The notes under the pieces were generated by a model. It was not told the DNA's origin, did not search any database, and saw nothing but the letters and a program-made list of their open reading frames with translations. Of a stretch of 64,000 nucleotides of DNA, positions 9,311-17,783 are shown one piece after another. The stretch comes from Acidobacteriota bacterium (GTDB taxonomy: Bacteria; Acidobacteriota; Terriglobia; Terriglobales; Acidobacteriaceae), in NCBI GenBank assembly GCA_021792135.1, contig JAJYVF010000015.1, positions 68,130-132,129 on the forward strand, given 5' to 3'. The translations under genes and the position numbers were made by a program. Position 1 is the stretch's first letter. Each line of letters starts with the position of its first letter.

Positions 9311-9652
9311 TCAGCTTCCGCGCTTCTCGGCTCTTTCCATTTCCTCCAGCAGGGCCATGGACTCGCCAACCTGCTTGTGAAAGTAGCGGCGCATGACGTC
9401 CAGCATTTCGAGGATCAGGGGATCGCGGACGGAATAGAAGACCTGATTGCCTGCCTTCCGGCTGACAACAATCTGCCGGGCGCGCAGGACGGCGAGGTGC
9501 TGCGAGAGATTAGCCTGTTCCAGGCCAAGACGTTCGACAAAGCTGCCGACAGTCAGTTCGCCGTCCCGGAGCTGTTCGAGAATGGCAATCCGTGTGGGAT
9601 GGGCGAGAGCTTGAAAAATCTCGGCTTTGAACTGACGCAGCGAGTCAGGCAT
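9311..9652 (-). CDS. ArsR/SmtB-family metalloregulator
   Basis: FKAEIFQALAHPTRIAILEQLRDGELTVGSFVERLGLEQANLSQHLAVLR is the ArsR winged helix. The ORF-track start at 9679 is TTG. I prefer ATG at 9652 (MPDSLRQ...). Confidence 0.85.
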   Translation of the reverse strand: MPDSLRQFKAEIFQALAHPTRIAILEQLRDGELTVGSFVERLGLEQANLSQHLAVLRARQIVVSRKAGNQVFYSVRDPLILEMLDVMRRYFHKQVGESMALLEEMERAEKRGS

Positions 9653-9670
9653 TCGAATATTATATTCGAA
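9652..9670. promoter_or_regulatory. 19-bp perfect palindrome (candidate ArsR operator) containing a TATAAT hexamer
   Basis: TTCGAATAT-T-ATATTCGAA. On the reverse strand it reads TTCGAA TATAAT ATTCGA ATG, so a consensus -10 ends 6 nt before the ATG. Confidence 0.5.
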
Positions 9671-9738
9671 GATTCGCAAATTACTCCGAGCCCAATCCCG
9701 GCTCCCGAGGGGCCCGGAGGCTTTGTCTTCGCCTCACG

Positions 9739-10098
9739 GTGAGAAGCAACCAGGAGGCCGGGGGCGCGGCAAAACAAGCCGGGGATTCCCCTGGGGGTGT
9801 CGTTCTGCAATTTTCGGAGCCAGATCTTTTTTTGGTTCACCTTGTCATTCAGGACGTTCGGCGAAACGGCACGGTTTGCTTCCGCGTGGTGGCCTACAGC
9901 GGAAGTTCGACGTTCCGGCCGGCGGAGTTTGCGTCGATCGAGGAGCTGCTGCAGGCGCTGCACTCGGCGGTACCAGGATTCGATGCGAGCGCTCTGGCCA
10001 TCCGGAAACCCGGTTATCCGGAGACGTACATCATCTTTACAGGCGATCTGACCTTGAGCGAAACACAAATGGCACTTCTCGGTTTACAGAAAAAGTGA
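9739..10098 (+). CDS. Hypothetical small protein, translationally coupled to the downstream receiver
   Basis: 119-codon ORF with GTG at 9739. An internal TTG near 9832 is also possible. I recognised no motif. The stop TGA (10096-10098) overlaps GTG (10095-10097) of the next gene. Confidence 0.4.
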   Translation: MRSNQEAGGAAKQAGDSPGGVVLQFSEPDLFLVHLVIQDVRRNGTVCFRVVAYSGSSTFRPAEFASIEELLQALHSAVPGFDASALAIRKPGYPETYIIFTGDLTLSETQMALLGLQKK

Positions 10099-10493
10099 AT
10101 CTCCCTGAGACAGCAGAGAACAGCCAGCAGGGAAAGCTGAAGGTGCTCGTCGCGGACGATGAACGGGCCATCGCCGACACGCTGCGGATCATCCTGACGC
10201 AGCATGGATTCGAGGCAGAGGCCGTTTACGGCGGGAGGGCGGCGATTGATGTCGCGCGCCACTGGACTCCGGATATCTATCTGGGCGATGTGGTGATGCC
10301 GGATCTGGACGGCATTGAGGCGGCCATTCAGATCCAGGCGATCTGTCCTGCCTGCCGGGTGATGCTGTTTTCCGGACAGGCGGTGGTTCGCGACCTGCTG
10401 GCGGAAGCGCGGATGAACGGCCATGAGTTTGAGCTGGTGGTGAAGCCGATCCATCCGACAGAACTTCTCGAGCGGCTGCGCGCAGCGTATTAG
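10095..10493 (+). CDS. Single-domain response regulator (CheY-like receiver)
   Basis: KVLVADDE, phospho-acceptor context YLGDVVMPDLDG, FSG and KP are all present. The in-frame GTG at 10095 gives 132 aa. The upstream part of ORF 9723..10493 does not look receiver-like. Confidence 0.85.
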   Translation: MNLPETAENSQQGKLKVLVADDERAIADTLRIILTQHGFEAEAVYGGRAAIDVARHWTPDIYLGDVVMPDLDGIEAAIQIQAICPACRVMLFSGQAVVRDLLAEARMNGHEFELVVKPIHPTELLERLRAAY

Positions 10494-10711
10494 AGACCTC
10501 TGCGAAGCGGCGATATGTATCATTTCCTGGCTCCCGAGGTGCAGATGGCTCATCTGAGGCGAATGACCGGGGGAATACAGTACCAGCGAGCGGCGGATTT
10601 GTTTCTTTTTGCTATTTACAGTGTCGAAATCTGTTGTGATTTGAAAAACACTCTGGTAGCTTCTTTCATCGCAGGCCAGTCGCTGAAATCCATTTTTTGC
10701 CGGACAAAGCC

Positions 10712-11479
10712 ATGGAAAGCAAAGTCCCGTCGGTTACGCCGCAACCTGATCTGTCTTCGGACGCCTCCGGTTCCGCGGAGGCTTACATTGCTGAAAAGCA
10801 CATAGGGGAACGCATTCGACGGCTGCGCCTGAAGCGTTCGATGGGGCTGGTGGAACTGGGACGGCACACGGGGCTTTCGGCCAGCTTCCTTTCGCAGCTG
10901 GAAACCGGGCGGGTGGTGCCGACGCTGCGCAACCTGGCGCGCATCGCGATAGTCTTCGGCCGGGATCTTTCCTATTTCTTCGAGCCGGAACCCCATCCGC
11001 TCTTCCGGGTCCACCGCCGCACCGAACGGGTGCGGCTGCCGCAGTCCGGGGTCGATGACCCAACCTACTATTTCGAGAGCCTGGCCTACATGGTCCCGGA
11101 ACGGCAGCTTGATCCGTACTATGCCGAGTTTGTGCCGGTGAAGAAGCCCGGCGAGATCAAGCCGCACGTCCACCCGGGTTACGAGTTCCTGTATGTGCTA
11201 CAGGGCGAACTGGAGATCCGGCACGGCGACCGGAGCCATTCGCTGACAGCAGGGGACAGCGTGTACTTCGACGCGGGCACTGCGCACTCCTATCGCTGCG
11301 TAGGCGCCGGACCGGCGGTGGCGCTGATTGTCACGATGCATCAGTCGGTGCCCCACATGGCGGCGGTTGTCCGTCCACTTACCGCTATGCCGGCAGCGCC
11401 GGCTACAGACAGCGACGCCGAGATGGTTTCCGGGACAACGGAGCCGCCGAATCGTCCGAGAGAAGTTTCTTCGCAGTAA
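10712..11479 (+). CDS. XRE-family HTH regulator with C-terminal cupin domain
   Basis: IGERIRRLRLKRSMGLVELGRHTGLSASFLSQLETG is an HTH_3 motif. HPGYEFLYVLQGELEI...GDSVYFDAGTAHSY is a cupin. ATG at 10712; the track start at 10697 is TTG. Confidence 0.85.
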   Translation: MESKVPSVTPQPDLSSDASGSAEAYIAEKHIGERIRRLRLKRSMGLVELGRHTGLSASFLSQLETGRVVPTLRNLARIAIVFGRDLSYFFEPEPHPLFRVHRRTERVRLPQSGVDDPTYYFESLAYMVPERQLDPYYAEFVPVKKPGEIKPHVHPGYEFLYVLQGELEIRHGDRSHSLTAGDSVYFDAGTAHSYRCVGAGPAVALIVTMHQSVPHMAAVVRPLTAMPAAPATDSDAEMVSGTTEPPNRPREVSSQ

Positions 11480-11553
11480 AAGAGAACCCGGGCACGAGTC
11501 CGGAAGCAGGCCGCTGAAGCCGGTGCCGCCGGAGCTGTCTCTGGGGCAGCGTG

Positions 11554-13935
11554 TCAGGATTCGCTGGCGGCAACGGTCGGGACAGTAAAGAAGAAGGTGC
11601 TGCCCTTGCCGACGGCGCTCTCGGCCCAGATGCGGCCGCCGTGCTGGCGGACGATGTTGCGGCAGATGGCGAGGCCCAGTCCGGTTCCCCCCATATCGCG
11701 CGAATCGGAGGCATCCACCTGCTGAAAGCGCTCGAAGATGATGTCGAGCTTCTCGGGAGGGATGCCGCGGCCCTGATCTTCGATGGAAAGGACCGCTTCG
11801 GCGCCGCTGAGAGCGCGGGCGCGCAGGACGACATCGCTGCCGTGCGGCGAAAACTTGATGGCGTTGCTGATGAGGTTGCCCAGCGTCTGCAGGATGCGGC
11901 TCTCATCGACCCAGAGAGTGACCGGTTCGGCATCGATGCGGAAGCTGATGCCGGCTTTCTGTGCGCTGGAATGCTGGAGGTCGGCGGCGCGGTGGAGCAG
12001 CACCTGGGCGTCGGCTTCCTGAAATTTCATGGGCAAACGGCCGGTGGCGCTGCGCTCGAAGTCGAGGATATCGTTGACCAGCCGCACCAGACGGTCGCAG
12101 TTGCCGATGGCGACATCCATCATCTGCGAGCGCTTCTCGGGGCGCTTCTCGAGGGCGCCTCCGGCGATCAGGCCCAGCGCGGCGCGCAGCGCGGTGAGGG
12201 GCGTGCGCAGCTCGTGGCTGACGGTGGAAATAAACTCGTCCTTCATGCGGTCGAGACGGCGACGCTCGGTTACATCCTGGAATGCGACGACCACACCGGT
12301 GACCCGGCCATTCGAGAGCATGGGGCAGGCGACGTATTCGACGGGGACGGGGTGGCCATCCTTGTGGCGAAAGACCTCGTCGCGAGCGCGGATGGGGGCG
12401 CTGGAACGGCGGGCGGCATGGATGGGGCTCTCCTCGACCCGGTAGGGTGCGCCGTCGCCACGCTCGTGGCCCAGCAGCGCATGCAGATCCTGCCCCTGCA
12501 TTTCCTCCTGGGTATAACCCATGAGGCGGGCGCCGATCTGGTTCACGAAGACGATGCGGTTCTCCATATCGATACCGTAGATGCCGTCGCCAACCGACTC
12601 GAGGATCGACTCGCGCTGGCGCATCACGGCATGGAGTCTGTTTTCGGCATCGGTCTTCTCGGTGACATCGATACCATGGCCGAGGACGAAGGGGGGGGTA
12701 TCCGGCAGATCGAGCAGACGGTTGCGCCACGCAATGACGCGGACGCTGCCATCGCGATGGCGCAGGCTGATCATGCCCTGTTCCTCGCCGGTTTCCACGA
12801 TGTTGCGCAGGTAGTTTTCGAAGGCCGGCCGCTGATCGTCGGGCACGAACTCAATGAGAAGGCGGCCGGTCATCTCCTCGACGCGATAGCCGAGACTCTC
12901 TGCGGCATTGGCGTTGATGGAGAGCAGACGGCCTTCGAGGTCGTGCGTGCAGACCACACCGAGCGAGCCTTCCACCAGCTGGCGGTAGCGGGCCTCGCTG
13001 GCGTGCAGAGCGGCGGCAGCTTCGCGCTGCTCGGTGACGTCGACGCCGGTCATGATGACGAAGTTGATTTCGCCGATGCCGTCGGTGAGGGTGGTGGTGG
13101 TCCAGGCGATGCGGCGGCGGCGGCCTTCGCGGGAGAGCCAGTGGAGTTCCCAGGGGTCGCGCTGATCGCCGACGCGGGCCTGCTCCAGCAGATCGAAGGC
13201 GGTGGGCAGCTCTTCGGCCAGAAAGAGCTCTTCGGGAAAGGAGCGCCCGGCCAGCTCGGCGAAGGTATAGCCGGTCAGCTCTTCGCAGGCGCGATTGAAG
13301 CGAACGATGCGGCCTGCGGTGTCGAGCACCAGCACCAGCGCGCTCATGGTGTCGAGCACGGCGGAGACAAAGTTACGTTCCACCGTCAGCGCGCGCTCGA
13401 CACGCTGACGGCTGCGGATGGCGCGTTCCTGCGCGCGCGAGTGGATGGAGTATTCGAGGCGGGTGACAATCTGACGCGCCAGCACGCCAAGAATCGAAAC
13501 ATGTTCGCGCGTGAAGGTATTGGCCCTGGGGGAAAGCACAGCCAGAGTGCCTACGCCGCCGGCAGGCCCGGTGAGCGGTGCGCCCAAATAAGAGCGGCAG
13601 TGGACGGAGCGCGTGAGCGGAAGTCCCTTGACTGGAAAGCGCGGTTCGGCGGCCGCATCGGCGATCAGCAGCGGCTCGTCTTCGAGGATGGTGTACTGGC
13701 AGGCGGATGCGAGGCGGGGCAGCTCCGTTTCGCGAAACCCTACGCGGGACTTGAACCACAGGCGGTTGGCATCCACGAATCCGAGATAGGCATAGGGGGC
13801 CCCGGTGACCTGAGCGGCAACGCGCACGATCTCGTCGAACGCCGGGTCGGGGGGCGTATCGAGGATCTCGTATTCCAGCAGGGCTTTGAGCCGTTCGGCC
13901 TCGCTCCGCTGCGCAGTTGCCAACCCGTAACTCAT
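11554..13935 (-). CDS. Multi-sensor histidine kinase (GAF plus several PAS domains, HisKA, HATPase_c)
   Basis: 793 aa with an N-terminal GAF-like region and repeated PAS signatures. The H-box is FISTVSHELRTPLTAL. The ATPase carries the N and G boxes (ISNAIKF, DQGRGIP, GTGLGLAICR). Confidence 0.9.
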   Translation of the reverse strand: MSYGLATAQRSEAERLKALLEYEILDTPPDPAFDEIVRVAAQVTGAPYAYLGFVDANRLWFKSRVGFRETELPRLASACQYTILEDEPLLIADAAAEPRFPVKGLPLTRSVHCRSYLGAPLTGPAGGVGTLAVLSPRANTFTREHVSILGVLARQIVTRLEYSIHSRAQERAIRSRQRVERALTVERNFVSAVLDTMSALVLVLDTAGRIVRFNRACEELTGYTFAELAGRSFPEELFLAEELPTAFDLLEQARVGDQRDPWELHWLSREGRRRRIAWTTTTLTDGIGEINFVIMTGVDVTEQREAAAALHASEARYRQLVEGSLGVVCTHDLEGRLLSINANAAESLGYRVEEMTGRLLIEFVPDDQRPAFENYLRNIVETGEEQGMISLRHRDGSVRVIAWRNRLLDLPDTPPFVLGHGIDVTEKTDAENRLHAVMRQRESILESVGDGIYGIDMENRIVFVNQIGARLMGYTQEEMQGQDLHALLGHERGDGAPYRVEESPIHAARRSSAPIRARDEVFRHKDGHPVPVEYVACPMLSNGRVTGVVVAFQDVTERRRLDRMKDEFISTVSHELRTPLTALRAALGLIAGGALEKRPEKRSQMMDVAIGNCDRLVRLVNDILDFERSATGRLPMKFQEADAQVLLHRAADLQHSSAQKAGISFRIDAEPVTLWVDESRILQTLGNLISNAIKFSPHGSDVVLRARALSGAEAVLSIEDQGRGIPPEKLDIIFERFQQVDASDSRDMGGTGLGLAICRNIVRQHGGRIWAESAVGKGSTFFFTVPTVAASES

Positions 13936-14145
13936 ACGTTTGCGCTGCCCGGTCCATCGCCGGGCGGCCGGGGGGGTTCTACAGAGGCTAGAGAATTGTT
14001 ACAAATATCGAGGCTTGAGGCTCTGCCCCGTTCGGGTGACTCCTGTTGATCTGCATTGGTAACTCCAGGCCGTGGTTACCCAATGACTTTGGTTCGGCGA
14101 TTGAAGCACGCGAGTAATCCTGCCGTAATACTGCACGGGAATTGA

Positions 14146-14679
14146 TCAGGGAAGCCTGCAGCAGTCGTCGGGCGGACCGTCGTTGCTGGCATCGAGGGCC
14201 ACCTTCCATGATCCGTCGGGCTGCTTCTTCCAGATGGTCATATAGCGACCGGAGGTCGCGCTGGTGTTTCCTTCCCGGTCTTTGGCAACGCCCTTGTAAT
14301 GACCCCAGGTGAAGCCCATATCGCCGGAGGGGGACATGCGCGCACCCTCCGGGGTCCAGGTGAGCTGATAGTCCCGCGGCGACCAGGTGGCGCCGGCAGC
14401 AATAGCATCGCGGCCGACCACCGGGGCCTTGCCGTTGGCCAGGGTCACGGCGTCGGGCGCAAACCAGGAGGCAAAGGCGGGACCGCCGCCTTTGGCAGTA
14501 TCGGCGGCGAACTTCGACTCCAGGCTGTAGAGGAACTCCACGCCGGGCGAAAGAGCAGGATTGGTGAGTGGGTTGCCATCCGGGCCGGGGGACGGCTTCG
14601 GCGCGAGAGGATCCAGCATCTGGGCCGACAACGCGGTGGAAAACAGCAGGCACGACAGAAGCAGGACAGCAGCACGCAT
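14146..14679 (-). CDS. Secreted SnoaL/DUF4440-like (NTF2 fold) protein
   Basis: ATG at 14679 (MRAAVLLLSCLLFSTALSAQ is a signal peptide). The C-terminal part, GRYMTIWKKQPDGSWKVALD, is typical of DUF4440. Confidence 0.65.
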   Translation of the reverse strand: MRAAVLLLSCLLFSTALSAQMLDPLAPKPSPGPDGNPLTNPALSPGVEFLYSLESKFAADTAKGGGPAFASWFAPDAVTLANGKAPVVGRDAIAAGATWSPRDYQLTWTPEGARMSPSGDMGFTWGHYKGVAKDREGNTSATSGRYMTIWKKQPDGSWKVALDASNDGPPDDCCRLP

Positions 14680-14771
14680 GATACGGGTACCTAAAGACAG
14701 GATAGAACAGCCGCGAGGCGGAGAACTTGCGGCGGGCGCTCGTGGGTCCGATGACGGGATTACGCCGGTCA

Positions 14772-14806
14772 TTGACCCCTGCATTCGCGGATGCAAATAT
14801 CAGGCT
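14772..14806 (+). promoter_or_regulatory. Putative promoter plus near-palindromic operator of the second ArsR gene
   Basis: TTGACC (14772-14777), then a 17-nt spacer, then AAATAT (14795-14800), then 6 nt, then ATG at 14807. The spacer holds TGCATTCGCGGATGCA (14780-14795), in which 7 of 8 palindromic pairs match. Confidence 0.4.
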
Positions 14807-15220
14807 ATGGCGGCAAAAGCACCGTTCGATCTGGAGAGGTTTTTTCAGGCGCTGGGAGACAGGACGCGCCTGCGCCTGCTGAACCTGATGGGAGACCAGG
14901 AGATCTGTGTCTGTTATCTGGTGGAGATTCTGGGGGCGCCGCAGCCAAAGATTTCCCGCCACCTGGCGTATCTGCGGCGGGCCGGAGTGGTGGCGGCACG
15001 GCGCGAGGGCAAGTGGATGCACTACCGGGTTGTGATGCCGCCGCACCGCGGGGCCGCACAACTGCTGCGTGAGGCGCTCGCCATGCTGAAGGAAGAAAAG
15101 GCGATGCAGGCGGATCGGATGCGTCTGAAGAAAGCCTGCGGAGCGCCGGCAAAGCTGCCGGCGCTTCGAGGCGCTCCGTTGCCGGCGCCGGTTGCCGAAG
15201 AGGTGTGCTGTCCATCGTGA
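14807..15220 (+). CDS. ArsR/SmtB-family regulator
   Basis: FFQALGDRTRLRLLNLMGDQEICVCYLVEILGAPQPKISRHLAYLRRAG. The CVC in helix 3 is the classical ArsR As(III)-site position. C-terminal CC. ATG at 14807. Confidence 0.85.
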   Translation: MAAKAPFDLERFFQALGDRTRLRLLNLMGDQEICVCYLVEILGAPQPKISRHLAYLRRAGVVAARREGKWMHYRVVMPPHRGAAQLLREALAMLKEEKAMQADRMRLKKACGAPAKLPALRGAPLPAPVAEEVCCPS

Positions 15221-15285
15221 CGGCTCAGCTCCCCGGCAAATGAGAGCCCATCGTCGAACAGACCTGGTCGCGCCGGGAGCTACTC

Positions 15286-16110
15286 TCAGATTTCCGAAGT
15301 GCCGTTCGCCGCTGAGGGCGCGGGCTTCGTCGCCATCGCAAGGGCATAACCCAGCTTTCCGGCCCGGACGGCATCGAGGGCAGCGCGCGCAAACTGCTTT
15401 GCCGTGGAAAAATCGACACCCGGCAGATCGAGCTTGTTCAGACCGGTCATCACTTCGGCCCACAGCAGCCGGCCCTGGATTTGCCGGACCAGCTCGGCGA
15501 GAGCCGCGCTGTGGTCTTCGACGGCGTCAATCTCGAGCCCGGCGCCGCGCAGAATTTCCGCATAGCGATACAGCGGCTGCGCATCGCCGATGCAGGCGAT
15601 CCAGGCCAGCAGCCCCGCAAGCTGCGGGATGGGCTCGGCGGTGCGGGTGAGGTCGCTGAGGCCGAGACGGCCGCCCGGTTTGAGAACGCGGTGGAACTCC
15701 AGGGCGGCACGGTCCTTGCCAGGGAAGGTGCAGAAGGCGCATTCGCAGAGGACGGCGTCGAAGGTGCTGCTGGAGAAAGGCAGACGCTCCGAGTCGCCTG
15801 AGTGAAACACGACACGCGTGGCGAGGCCAAGGCGCTCGGCCTCTGCTGCTGCTTCGTGGACGTTTTGATCGCTGAGATCGACGCCGGTCACGCGACAGCC
15901 AAATGAAGACGCCAGAAAGAAGGCGCTGGTTCCGCGGCCGGAGGCGATGTCGAGGACGTGAGAGCGCGGGCTGAGGGCAAGCATCTCGCCGAGCCGCTGC
16001 GTCAGCGCAGTTCCGCCGGGGTGAAAGCTCTCGCCCAGCAGAACACGGGCGAGGTGGCTGCTGTAAAACGCAGCGCAGCACTGGCTGACGTTCTGCTCGC
16101 CGGCACTCAT
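15286..16110 (-). CDS. Class I SAM-dependent methyltransferase with ArsM-like cysteines
   Basis: Motif I is VLDIASGRGTSAFFLA. There is a vicinal CC near the N-terminus (VSQCCAAFY). FDAVLCECAFCTFPGK aligns by eye with the D-V-V-I-S-N-C-V-I-N-L region of arsenite methyltransferases. Confidence 0.75.
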   Translation of the reverse strand: MSAGEQNVSQCCAAFYSSHLARVLLGESFHPGGTALTQRLGEMLALSPRSHVLDIASGRGTSAFFLASSFGCRVTGVDLSDQNVHEAAAEAERLGLATRVVFHSGDSERLPFSSSTFDAVLCECAFCTFPGKDRAALEFHRVLKPGGRLGLSDLTRTAEPIPQLAGLLAWIACIGDAQPLYRYAEILRGAGLEIDAVEDHSAALAELVRQIQGRLLWAEVMTGLNKLDLPGVDFSTAKQFARAALDAVRAGKLGYALAMATKPAPSAANGTSEI

Positions 16111-17687
16111 GGGCGTCCGATGCCTGGAAGGAGATTTTGCGGGGCATGGCGGTCCGCGCCGTTTCGGAAATCGAAGACTACTGGCTCAACCCGATAAGGC
16201 AGCTGCTGCCGACGAGCTTCCCTGCGGCGCGGCTCCATAGCTTCCAGCTGGCGGCGAGCCTGTTCGCGATAGCCGACCGAGTTGTAGGCGCAGAACGGGA
16301 TCTGCTTTCCGCCGGGCAGGAGAAATTCCTTGCAGCATTTCATCAGATTCTTCTGGTTGAAGGTCCAGGGGTCCATGAAATCCTGCAGCATGATCATCAG
16401 CATGTTCCTGGCAAGGTCGCCGACGGTGAGGCTTTCGGAGATCCCGCACGCCTGGCAGGAGAAGGCGAACTGTTCGGCGGCCTTGCCGGAGCCTGAAACC
16501 GCCGACGAGGACCAGAGGCCCTCGAGCGCCTTCCTGACTTCGAGGCTGAAGTCGGGCATCACGCGGTTTGTGATGTAGTCGAGGTAATCGGAGACGTTGA
16601 CGATGCGCGGAAGGGGCGTGACCTTGCCGTCCTCGACGAAGGCATAGGTCACTGCGTTACAGGTGGGGAAACAACACGGAACAGGAATGAAGTCGCTGAC
16701 CAGGAACTTCCCGGCTGTCTGCTCCTCAATGTGCTGCAGAATGTCAGGAATTGTTATGCGCCGCATGGGATCGTGCTGCAGATGCCGCCCGGCGTGGAAA
16801 GCCGGCTGGAAGTTGATGCCGCGCACGGCGGGGTGCTGGATGGCGAAGTCAATGATCCTGCCGATCTCATGCTCGTTGATGCCGCGCTCGATGGCCGGCA
16901 CCAGCGTCACATGGAGGCCGATGGAAGCGAGGCGGTCGAGCGCACGGAGCTTCTCCTCGAGAATCTCCGGCTCGCCACGGATGATGCGGTAGGTCTCGGG
17001 GTCAAAGCCGTCGAACTGGAAATAGAAGGAAGGCCCGACTTCGGCGAGCTCCTCGAGAAAGCGGTCATCCCGCGCAATGCGTTTGCCGTTGGTATTGATC
17101 ATCACGAAGGGGATGCCGCGAGCCTGCGCAGCGCGGACAAAGTCGATGATCCGCGGGTGGATGGTCGGCTCGCCGCCGGAAAACTGGATGACCTCAGGCT
17201 TACCTTCCGTGCGCACGAAGTCGTCGAGCATGGCCTCGACTTCTTCCAGGGTGAGGCTGAATCCAGGATGCGCCTGGGCAAAGCACAGAGGGCAATCCAT
17301 GTTGCAGGCGCTGTTCACCTCGATGATGCCGAGACAGGTGTGCTGCTGGTGATCGGGGCACAGGCCGCAGTCGTACGGGCAGCCGTCTTTGATTTCCGCG
17401 CCCCGGGCCAGGGGAATGATTCCCGGCTTGTTGTATTTACTCAGGCGCACATAGGCATCGGCGTCGCCATAGACCAGGGCCTCGAACGGACCGCAGTTCG
17501 GACAGCGCTTCGCCATGTAGACCCTGTCGTTGCGAAGGAGGATCTTTGCATCGACGGGGCGGCGGCATTCAGGGCAGATGCTGCGGGTGAGCTCGTAGAA
17601 GACGTAGTCGGCGTCTTTCTTCGCTACGGGCGCCGAAGCGCCATTTCCGTGAAGCTGAGCGCCGGAGGCAGATATCGGATCCGTCAT
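16107..17687 (-). CDS. Radical SAM protein with MJ0619 / tetraether-lipid-synthase (Tes, GDGT-MAS)-like architecture
   Basis: It starts with an N-terminal CPEC...CPNC rubredoxin/zinc-ribbon-like pair. Next comes GCPYDCGLCPDHQQHTC, then the canonical CNMDCPLC (CX3CX2C), then FSGGEPT. C-terminal Cys clusters are PCCFPTC, SCQAC and KCC. ATG at 17687; the track start at 17726 is TTG. The stop overlaps the methyltransferase start (ATGA at 16107-16110). Confidence 0.8.
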   Translation of the reverse strand: MTDPISASGAQLHGNGASAPVAKKDADYVFYELTRSICPECRRPVDAKILLRNDRVYMAKRCPNCGPFEALVYGDADAYVRLSKYNKPGIIPLARGAEIKDGCPYDCGLCPDHQQHTCLGIIEVNSACNMDCPLCFAQAHPGFSLTLEEVEAMLDDFVRTEGKPEVIQFSGGEPTIHPRIIDFVRAAQARGIPFVMINTNGKRIARDDRFLEELAEVGPSFYFQFDGFDPETYRIIRGEPEILEEKLRALDRLASIGLHVTLVPAIERGINEHEIGRIIDFAIQHPAVRGINFQPAFHAGRHLQHDPMRRITIPDILQHIEEQTAGKFLVSDFIPVPCCFPTCNAVTYAFVEDGKVTPLPRIVNVSDYLDYITNRVMPDFSLEVRKALEGLWSSSAVSGSGKAAEQFAFSCQACGISESLTVGDLARNMLMIMLQDFMDPWTFNQKNLMKCCKEFLLPGGKQIPFCAYNSVGYREQARRQLEAMEPRRREARRQQLPYRVEPVVFDFRNGADRHAPQNLLPGIGRP

Positions 17688-17783
17688 CCTGTCTCGAACT
17701 CTACGCCGGTCAGGTTCGGGAGGCAATGCGAGGAAACAGGCGGGTTGAGTGTTTGCCGCGGGGCTTCGAAGAGCCTTGCTTTG

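Noticed and set aside
11551-14049. 832-aa ORF on the plus strand. Similar very long ORFs occur at 160..1872, 2542..4209, 16731..19058, 17710..19233, 44781..45989, 57824..59371 and 60810..62678.
   Set aside because: Each lies antisense to or out of frame with a gene that has clear family motifs. Their translations are low-complexity Arg/Gly/Pro/Ala-rich strings, typical of open non-coding frames in GC-rich DNA.
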